DNA from: Octopus sinensis
Lineage: Eukaryota
Length of the DNA: 64,000 nucleotides
Assembly: GCF_006345805.1 (NCBI RefSeq)
Contig: NC_043000.1
Span: 135,284,001-135,348,000 of the forward strand
Direction of reading: 5' to 3'
The notes beneath the pieces are model-generated. The model searched no databases and had not been told where the DNA came from. It was given only the letters and a program-made list of their open reading frames with translations. Shown here piece after piece: positions 54,547 to 64,000 of the stretch. A program made the position numbers and the translations under genes. Positions within the stretch are counted from its first letter, which is position 1. Each line of letters opens with the position of its first letter.

Positions 54547-54830
54547 ATGATAAATCTCAGAGCGAGAAAAAGTATATGTATTTGTGAAGGGAGCTGACTT
54601 CTCGTCGACAACCATGATGTCACACGCTGATGAAAGGTAAACACCTTGAAACTCGGGTCCGTGTGTATCATGAGTTGAAGACGGGGAGGATGACTCCCCT
54701 TCACAAATACTGAGAGGACACAGATAGTGTGTCTATAGCCAGCTGGAGGAGATATCTTCGTGGGGCTACAAACTACAGTAGCATCCACCCTTAGGGGTTA
54801 GCCATATTCAAATAACAAATATGCGTCACG
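54547..54830 (+). mobile_element. (TA)n-embedded ~285-bp element carrying a canonical hammerhead ribozyme
   Basis: Complex, more GC-rich island bounded on both sides by (TA)n. Confidence 0.7.
54613..54672 (+). ncRNA. Type-I hammerhead ribozyme, canonical core, GUC cleavage site
   Basis: catgatg-t-cacacg-CTGATGA-aaggt-aaac-acctt-GAAAC-tcgg-GTC-cgtgtg-tatcatg: 13-bp bulged stem I, 5-bp stem II, short stem III; cut after C54659. Confidence 0.88.
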
Positions 54831-54900
<70 letters not shown>

Positions 54901-54905
<5 letters not shown>

Positions 54906-55059
54906 CGCTAAATCCACAAGTTATTTTTTTATTCTTTCTCTGTTTATTTTTTCTTATTCCTTTCTGTTTAAGAACGTTGGCTCGAAACGTAAAAGATTTC
55001 TTCATTTTCCCGAGCGTCATACACCTGCCTTCATCTTTTGTTTTTCTATAAATTTCAAC
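54901..55059 (+). mobile_element. (TA)n-embedded mini-element with degenerate hammerhead-like motif (54960-54995)
   Basis: cttt-CTGTTTA-a-gaac-gttg-gctc-GAAAC-GTA-aaag; homologous to 5917-6108. Confidence 0.6.
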
Positions 55060-55439
55060 TATATATATATAATATATAATATATATATATAATATATATA
55101 TATATATATTTGTAAAAAATGAAGTTTGAAAATGCTGCTATATTAGACAAATTTTTGATTTTTATATATACATTATTTATTTAACATGTTACGGTTCTTG
55201 AAATGACGAACCTTATCAAAAAAATTTATATATGAAAAAGATAGTTCATGCTATCAAATATAAAAAATTCATATATAGTGGAGCGAGTCCATGCTATATG
55301 TTTAAAGAGTATGCAGTAGTAGTTCATAGTGGTGATATGCATTCAATATAAAAAATTCATGTTCTTGAAAAAGCGAGGAATTCATTTTAGGTTTTACCTT
55401 GTATTCCAATGGGAGCAACTGTGATGACTGTTGGTTGGC

Positions 55440-55483
<44 letters not shown>

Positions 55484-55953
55484 TAATATATATATATTAT
55501 ATATATATATATTATAATATATATATATATATATATATTATATATGTATATATATATATATCAAAATGTAGTTTTGAAGTTTTTTTTTTTTATATTGAAG
55601 ATTCCAGCTTCATGCTAATCAGGAAACATTTCTATTCTCCGCGACGTCTTAAATTTGTACACCCTTTGTTCTACTGTTTCCTACCAATATTCTCTCTCTC
55701 TTTCTCTTTCCATCTCTGTGTTTATCGCTTCTATTTCTGTAAGTCTTTCTATATCCTCATGACGTTATCTTTGTCACTCCTATCCTCATCTTTCTTTTTG
55801 CTACGACTTTCTCCATTTGGCTTTCATCTGTGAAAATTGTTATCATATCAAAATTACATAGAAATTTCATATTCAAAGTTTCATTCGGTTTATACCAGGT
55901 TTAGTCAAAAATTTTTTCGGATTTTCACTGATGATTTTTGGCTGCTTGTATCT

Positions 55954-56086
55954 CATTATCAAAGGTTTAAATTAAAAAATAAGAAATTTAGTAACGACTG
56001 GACAACAAATTGTATCAAATTATGATACAATTTGTTGTCCAGTCGTTACTAAATTTCTTATTTTTTAATTTAAACCTTTGATAATG
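55954..56086. repeat. Perfect 64-bp inverted repeat, 5-nt loop
   Basis: 55954-56017 is the exact reverse complement of 56023-56086. Confidence 0.95.
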
Positions 56087-56500
56087 GTTGGTGAATTAGA
56101 TTGTAATGAGAGCCATTTTACGTTGTCTGTGGAATAAATGATTGAGTGCAAGGGTCGCGGCAAAAGAAATTAAAGATGTGGAAGGCCCAGGAACTGTCAA
56201 AGAACGTGTGACACAAAACTGATTTAGACGTTACAAGGAAGGTAAACCCAGCCTCGAACACAAACCAAGGTCAGGGAGATCTGTTGTGGAAGATGAGGCC
56301 TTGCTTCAAATGGTTGAACAACAGTTCAACACAAGCACTCGTACATTCTCGGTAGAACCTGGTCCTTCATAAGGCACCATCAATCAACACCTCCATAAGC
56401 TTGGCCTTATGAACAGACGCACTCGAGAAGCTCCACATGAACTATCTAATGGCCAGGCTCAACGACATGTGGACGTTTGCAAACAATTGCGAGCAAATGG
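56087..56500 (+). pseudogene. Mariner transposase N-terminal remnant
   Basis: VEGPGTVKERVTQN*FRRYKEGKPSLEHKPRSGR...HLHKLGL...APHEL. Confidence 0.75.
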
Positions 56501-57290
56501 ACTTTTGTGAGATTTTAGAATTTAACAGTCCTTATCATTGGAGGAGCCAGAAGTATTGCATTTGAGGTGATAGGAGAGAGCTCTCTGCCACAATCGAGTA
56601 ATGAAGTCGTTTGTTTTCTATAATTAGAGTTTCATGTAGAAATCCCGAGGCGAAACTGGGATATTCTTTGTAGATGTGCCCAAGAATTGCTTATCCATGA
56701 GTGTGATCTATAGGTAGGGCTCGGCCGAGCAAAGGGTATATAGTTTACAGATGAGGTCCAGAGATTCTCGGCATAAAAAAAAACATGTAGCAGCGCTCCA
56801 ATGATTCGAACTTAGACTCCGGTGTCGTCACGAGGGACAAATTCTGCGAAGTAAAGAGTGGTTATAAGAGGGATCAAGTTGAGCAGATATGGAGGCGATT
56901 ATGTGGATAAACAAATGAAATATAAATAGCTTGGGTTTGATATGCTTATCACAAACTCAACAAAAACTTACCACCCATAAATTACTTCCTGTCCCACCCC
57001 TTCCATTCCTCTCCCAACTCTCCACCTCTAGTACTACCTCCCTAATATCCACATTATTAACCGTCCTCCCTCTTCCTGAACTGACTCTTTTACTTCCTCT
57101 CACCCTTCTCTGCCTCAACACTCTCCACACCTCCACTGAGCCGCCTACTTCCTCCCACCAATACTGCTTGCTCTCCACATTTATACATTTCACCTTTAAA
57201 CTGCATCATGATCTGAAATGTAAGATTTTTTTCTACCCTGATGACAGAAGCTCGATATAGCTAATGTTTATTTGCTTCCATTACGGAAGC

Positions 57291-57361
<71 letters not shown>

Positions 57362-57362
<1 letters not shown>

Positions 57363-58285
57363 TAACGGATACTCGGCGTTGCTCATGATTTAAATACTAC
57401 AGTTTGTATATATGGTACAGTTAACTGAAACATGTGATATGGGGAAGCGCAGCATTGACAACAAATATTTGTGGTGTAAATGAAGGGCTAATTCAACTAA
57501 GTAATATGCCATTCGTCTGTTTGGAAGATTCTAGGCCCTAACCTTGTCATGGAAAAGTGGGTGGTGGTATGTGATTTTTGAACGCACCAAAAAGCTCTCA
57601 GTGGATATACTCTCCTTTGCGGCTGTCGGCGCTGAACAATCGGTAGGCGTAGGAACTACATCTATATGAGAAATTAAGCCTGTGGGGGCGCTCAACAGCT
57701 TCACATGAGAGAAATGTACCATGGTAAGGGGTGGGGTATTGATTGAAGCTGTTAATGCAGTATTCCTGGCCAGGCGAATACTACGCTGTTCATCGCTTTC
57801 CATTGCTCTTGCCGTAGCTGTACATACACCTTTTTGTGATTGTCTAATTGAAGCTTTATGTGACGATTCATTTGCTTTCCTACTTTTCAATTTCTCTGCT
57901 ACCTCCGTTTGTCGACCAATAGAGAATCTCTTCTTTGGAGACATTATGTCAAGAAATTTGACATAATAACAACTGTATGTTAATAATGAAAAGGTAAATG
58001 ATATCAGTATCTTAGCAAATTTTAAGAAACATTACTTCACAAAGAGTTGCTCCCCTTTTCCACAGTAGTCACACTTAACCCAGGAAAGGGGGTTCTCTGG
58101 CCTCAGAGGTCCCATTACTCATTATGGGAAAAATTTAAGTCTAAAACCATGTCTGGAACATAAGTAATGTATGTTTCCAGTTTGAAGAAAATTAGTTACG
58201 AACTTCACAAGTTATGTGGGTTTACACACACACACGCACGCACACACGCACACACACACACACACTGAGTTCTTTATATATATAT
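57362..58285 (-). mobile_element. Helitron derivative retaining a Rep/helicase-like N-terminal remnant
   Basis: End related to the other Helitrons (ctcggcgttgctc); ORF 57944-57531 MSPKKRFSIGRQT...RKANES...ARAMESDEQRSIRL resembles Helitron protein N-termini; far end is (CA)n-ctttatatata. Confidence 0.55.
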
Positions 58286-58919
58286 ATGTTACATATATAT
58301 ATATATGTATGTATATCTACATATCACATTCACACATATGCATACACACACAGACACACACACATATATATATTACATAAATACGTACATAACATACATA
58401 GGCACACGCACATTCATGTATATAAGTTACTATTATAATCTTGGCAATCCGTTTAAATAAATTACAACTGCTATTCGCTGTGTTGTTTTATTTATACTAC
58501 ATAATAAACCAATAGATATAATCACAACCGCTATTATAAAATCATTATATTATGTCAGATTAACTGAGTTGCACAAAACAGGGCTAACACGTCATACATT
58601 ATTTTAAGGGACGAAATGTCAAAAACACATTATTTATAGAAATCAGTGTAATCCTTTAATTTAATTAATTCTTTAATAATGTGGGTATAAGCATCATTTC
58701 CCCGTGTATATCCAAAAGAAGGGTCATCAGTTCCTGATGAATTCTTAACGGTATTAGAAGCTACTTTTGCTACTCCTTCTTTGGTCTACGATGAGATTGT
58801 ATGAATAAAGATGGTACTTTACAATTATTTAGTGTCTTTAATTGATTTTAATTGCTTTACACAAACATTGCGGCCTAAAATGTATACGTTTGTTCTGAAG
58901 TGTGTCATAGCAAGTGTGT

Positions 58920-59014
58920 TTATGTATGTATGTAATTATGTATGTATGTATGTATGTATGCATATTTGTATGTATGTATGTATGTTTGTATGTATGTATG
59001 TATGTATGTATGTA

Positions 59015-59045
<31 letters not shown>

Positions 59046-59175
59046 ATGTATGTATATTTGTATGTATGTATGTATATTTGTATGTATGTATGTATGTATG
59101 TATGTTGTATGTATGTATGTATGTATGTATGTATATATGTATGTATGTATGTGAGTATGTGTGCGTGCGAATGTA

Positions 59176-59208
<33 letters not shown>

Positions 59209-59240
59209 ATGTATGTTGTATGTATGTATGTATGTATGTA

Positions 59241-59271
<31 letters not shown>

Positions 59272-59464
59272 ATGTATGTATATTTGTATGTATGTATGTA
59301 TATTTGTATGTATGTATGTGTATGTATGTATGTATGTATGTATGTATGTATGTATATATGTATGTATGTATATTTGTATGTATGTATGTATGTATATTTG
59401 TATGTATGTATGTATGTATGTATGTATGTATGTATATTTGTATGTATGTATGTATGTATGTATG

Positions 59465-59498
<34 letters not shown>

Positions 59499-59520
59499 TA
59501 TTTGTATGTATGTATGAACG
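58920..59520. repeat. Long degenerate (TATG)n microsatellite
   Basis: Direct reading; source of the 343-aa and 294-aa pseudo-ORFs. Confidence 0.95.
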
Positions 59521-61404
59521 TTTATATGTATGTATTTATATATATTTATTCACACAGATGCACGTATATGGATATACATACATATATATCTATATATGCC
59601 TCTATCTATCTACCTGCCTTTCTATCTATATGTATACACACACCAACACACACATATATATATATTTGTATATGCACACAGGCACACACTTCAACTTACG
59701 CCCGCGCACACATGCCTTCACACGCACACACACACATGTATTTCTTTGCACATACACACTTCTTTGCATGTTGGTATCTAGATCATCACTTTCTCTGACT
59801 TTCAAAAAATGTATTTGTTTACGGGAAGTTGATAATAGATAACATGTGGTAACGAACGAAAATTTAAAATAAAATGAATTCAAAATCATCCAGATGTCTT
59901 CCCGATGTTTGCGTCTTTCTGTGTTTGTGAGTATGTGAGTGGTGTGTGTGTGCGTGCGTAATGTATGTGAGTGTGTATGTGTGTCAATGTATGTATGCAT
60001 ACATATGAGTGTGTATGTGTGTGTGCTTGTGTGTATGTATGTATGTATGTATGTATGTATGTATGTATGTAGGTAGGTAGGTATGTGAGTATGTGTGTGT
60101 GCGAATGTATGTGTGTGTGTGTGTGTGCGTAATGTATGTGAGTGTGTATGTGTGTCAATGTATGTATGTATGCATATGAGTGTGTATGTGTGTGTGCTTG
60201 TGTGTACGCGTGTGCGTGTATGTATGTATGTATGTATTATGTATGTATGTGAGTATGTGTGCGTGCGAATGTATGTGTGTGTGTGTGCGCGCGCTCAAGC
60301 TTTCGCTTTGTATGTATATGTGGAAATTGGAGGGAAAAGTAAAATGTTATCTTTTACGTTTTCTTCCAGATTAATAAGATATATTTATAAGTGATTATTA
60401 AATAATGAGTTAAAACATTCTCAATTACTACGATAATTCGTCTTCAGTAATAAGGAAAAAAATAAATAAACAAAGCTAAAAAGCGAAAAAAAAAACAAAT
60501 ATATAGAGGAGTGTTAAAATATATAAATGAACAATACAGCTTTAACGAAAAACAATCGCATGAATTTAGATAAGTGAAAAGCGGATGTACTGAATACTGT
60601 ACTCTGCACTGAAATCTTCATTTTCGTTAGAGAAAAAGAAGACAAAATCCTGGCGGCAGTTGCTAGTGACCCCCAAAGGTAAGAGGAGATAATTTGAAGA
60701 AATAAAAAATTAATCTTTCAAAGTCAATCCAGATGCTTAGGGAGAATAGTGTAATCTTTGCAGGTAAGGGACAGCTATGGACATATTTCGGTCTATTAGA
60801 CTTTATCATCAGAGTAAAGTCTACCCAAGCCTGTTTTGGTCAGTTGGTAAATGTTTTGCATTTAGAAAAGCTACGAATAGGTTTTGGCCAGTATAATTTG
60901 TATATTTAAAAGTAAATGGGTTAATGGCATAAATTGATCAAAACGGAAGAATACCGTAGTAAATGCTTTGTGTTTAGTTAATGTTCCTTTAAATTATTGC
61001 CTTCAAATGCTAGGGACAACGACACAAGATCGGACAGGCCGATAGGTGCAAATACGGTTATGGCTTTTAACTGTTTAACTGTTGCGCTTGAAGGTGAAAA
61101 AGATGCCAAAGTTATTTGCAACAGGCGGTTTCCAACCTTTTTTACATCACGGACCTATTTCATGCGAGGCAATTTTTCCTTGAACCGGAGTTCATGCGCA
61201 TAACAAAACACAATAAAGTACATAATATATACTCTAATTATTACACATATCCCTGGTTCTTTGTTGGTTACAATGATGAGTGTTCCAGTTGATTCGATCA
61301 ACGGAACAGCCTGCTCGTGAAATTAACGTGGACGCGACTGAGCACTCCACAGGCACGCGTACACGTAACGTAGTTTTCAGGGACATTCAGTGACATAGAA
61401 CGGG

Positions 61405-62527
61405 ATATGTCTGGCAAGAAAGTAATTTCCTTTTCGCAAATAGATAGAGGTACGACATTTTTGAATGACTTTTGTCAATGTTATGACAAGAAAGCTACTG
61501 AGGCTCACAAAGAGATATGAGTTTATGGTGTTGATTGCTTAACAGAAAGCACATGTCAGAAATGGTTTTAAAAAATCCGTTCTGGAGATTTTTCACTCAA
61601 AGATGACCAACGTTCTGGTCAACCTACTGAAGGTCTGAATCATGATGATGACCGAATCAAAGCCATAATTGAATCTGATTGTAATATAACTGTGCGAGAG
61701 ATTGCAGAGAGGTTAAATGTATCACATATAACAATTGAAAATCACTTAAAATGTCTTGGACTCGTTAAGAAGCTCGATATTTGGGTTCCACATAAATTGA
61801 AAGGGATTCATTTAACACAACGAATCAATATTTGTGATATGCATCTCAAATGAAATTGATCCTGTTTTGAAAGGAATCATCACTTGTAATGAAAAATGGA
61901 TTGTCTACAATAACATCAATCGAAAACGATCATGGTCCAAGCGTAATGAACCAGCACAAACCACATCGACAGCTGAATTGCACCAAAAAAAGGTCATGCT
62001 GTCAATTTGGTGGGATTATAAAAGCGTTGACCCGCTTCTAAGGAACTAAACGATCAATTTAGATGCTTTCCGCCAACAACTAATGAAACTAGAGGAAGCA
62101 ATTAAAGAAAAACGGCCAGAATCGGCCATTCGTAAAGGAATCATGTTCCACCATGACAACGCTAGACCACACACGTCTGCTAACTCGTGAAAAATTATTG
62201 GAGCTTGGTTGGGAAAAGATGTTACATCTACTATATAGCCATGATCTTGTACCATTAGATTACCATTTATTTCGAAGTTTGCCAAATTCTTTGAATGGTA
62301 AAATTTTCAATAATAATGATGACTTGAAATAACACTTGCTTCAGTTTTTGGCTGATAAAGACCAGAAGTTTTATGAGCGTGGAATCATGAAGTTGCCAAA
62401 CGGATAGCAAAAGGTCATCGAACAAAATAGAAAATATATAATTGATTGAAGTTCATTGTTTGTATGAAACAAAAATGACTGACTTATTTCACACTAAAAA
62501 ACCGAAATTACTTTCTTGCCAACCCAA
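61405..62527 (+). mobile_element. Decayed mariner (DD34D), near full length
   Basis: TIR remnants tggcaagaaagtaatttc / gaaattactttcttgccaacccaa; motifs WVPHKL, ITCNEKW, FHHDNARPH, YSHDLVPLDYHLFRSL. Confidence 0.9.
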
Positions 62528-63465
62528 CACATATATAATACAAAAACATTCGCACACTGCGATAGTCAATAAAACAGAAAGAAAATTTTAAAAAATATTC
62601 TTTCTCTGCGGCCCAGTACCAAATGATCCACAGGCCGGTGGTTGGGGACTCCTGGTTTACAGTATTTCTGTGTCTGTGAGAGATACATGTAAGGGATTAA
62701 ACTAATTGATGTAAAGTGTTGAGTATTGCAAAAATTTCGGTTTGTACAAGAGAACGGTATAAATATGAGAGACAAGTTGTGTGTGTGTGTTGAAGTTATC
62801 ATGAAAACGATGACACTCATTTTCATATAATCTCATCAAGCTAAATAGTCATGTTATTAAGCTTATAGAAAGCTGCTCATAATTACTATATTTGAAATTT
62901 CTATTCATTGCTCATCATCGAGCGTTTAATTTTGATGTGCGAGAAATCAGTTGCCAAATGCTTCCAAAAAATGTAGACTTTTTCAGAAATCGAAAATACT
63001 GTGTTCATTTTTAAGGTTATGCACTACGTTTCATATCTTTTAATATTCCTTTTTATGAAGTAAATGTTCATATGTATAAATCCCATACTGATAAAACACA
63101 TGTAAGGGTTTATTGCCTATCTACATGGGCATGTGAAAATCTGAGAAAGCGTTTTGTGGAAGAAGTCCCTCTCCACGACCCTAGTGTTGTCTAAGGGAGA
63201 AACTTCTCTTAAACGCCAGTACGAGGCAGATGCAACCGTCAGAATATTGCTAATCAACTGCCCTTGACTCTCTTTTACTCTTTTACCTGTTTCAGTCATT
63301 TGACGGTAGTCATGCTGGAGCACCGCCTTTAGTCGAGCAAATCGAATCCAGTACTTATTCTTTGTAAGCCTAGTACTTATTCTATCGGTGTCTTTTGCCG
63401 AACCGCTAAGTTACGGGGGCGTAAACACACCAGCATCGGTTGTCAAGCGATGTTGGGGGACAAAC

Positions 63466-63500
<35 letters not shown>

Positions 63501-64000
63501 CACACATATACATGACAGGCTTCTTTCAGTTTCCGTCAAGCAAATCCATTCACAAGGCTTTGGTCGGTCCGAGGCTATAGTAGAAGACACTTGCGCAAGG
63601 TGCCACGCAGTGGGACTGAACCCAGAACCATGTGGTTGGTAAGCAAGCTCCTTACTACACAGTCACTCATACGCCTGGTAATTTTTTTATCGACTTCGAA
63701 TAATTGAGAAGCAAAGTTGACCTTGGTGAGATTTGGGCTCAAAGTGTATAGAACTGGAACAATTACTATGTACAGAAGACGGGAATTCTTTGAACTTCCG
63801 TGATCAGAATATAGCTACATCACTTGGCGTTTATTTTCGACAAATAAATGAACTGAAGCAGTATAATATAATGTACTGTGTCCAGCAAGAATTTGAACTC
63901 ACAGTCAAATACTTCAAATTCGTTCGGTCATCTGCGTTGCATTATTTAAAACTCAATCTTCCAATGAAATTATCCTAGTTTTTGTTTTGCTACCATGGAC

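Noticed and set aside
58811-59842. 343-aa ORF and many similar YI/CV/HT/MYVC ORFs
   Set aside because: Translations of stop-free microsatellites, not proteins.

Overview
Eukaryotic, AT-rich, microsatellite-saturated genomic DNA, not prokaryotic. The SINE families, (TA)n/(TATG)n/(GATA)n density and 5S sequence suggest an octopus (coleoid cephalopod); this is inference, no database was searched. The only host gene I can support is the 3' part of a Mox/Meox homeobox gene on + (exons 1443-1618 and 6897-7022, intron between homeodomain codons 44/45). The other ~57 kb is repeats: several tRNA-derived SINE families, decayed Tc1, mariner and pogo transposons, Helitron derivatives, RTE/R4-type LINE pieces, Penelope-like element (PLE) fragments, a 5'-truncated 5S rRNA copy and a 100-N gap. 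Nearly all ORF-track entries are microsatellite artefacts. The most striking hidden signal is a set of minimal type-I hammerhead ribozyme (HHR) motifs in short PLE-type elements, mostly embedded in (TA)n tracts. They include one fully canonical copy (54613-54672), one behind a GIY-YIG remnant, several core variants, and a palindromic twin pair with a swapped G3:C8 core (18763-18927). All structures were paired by eye.
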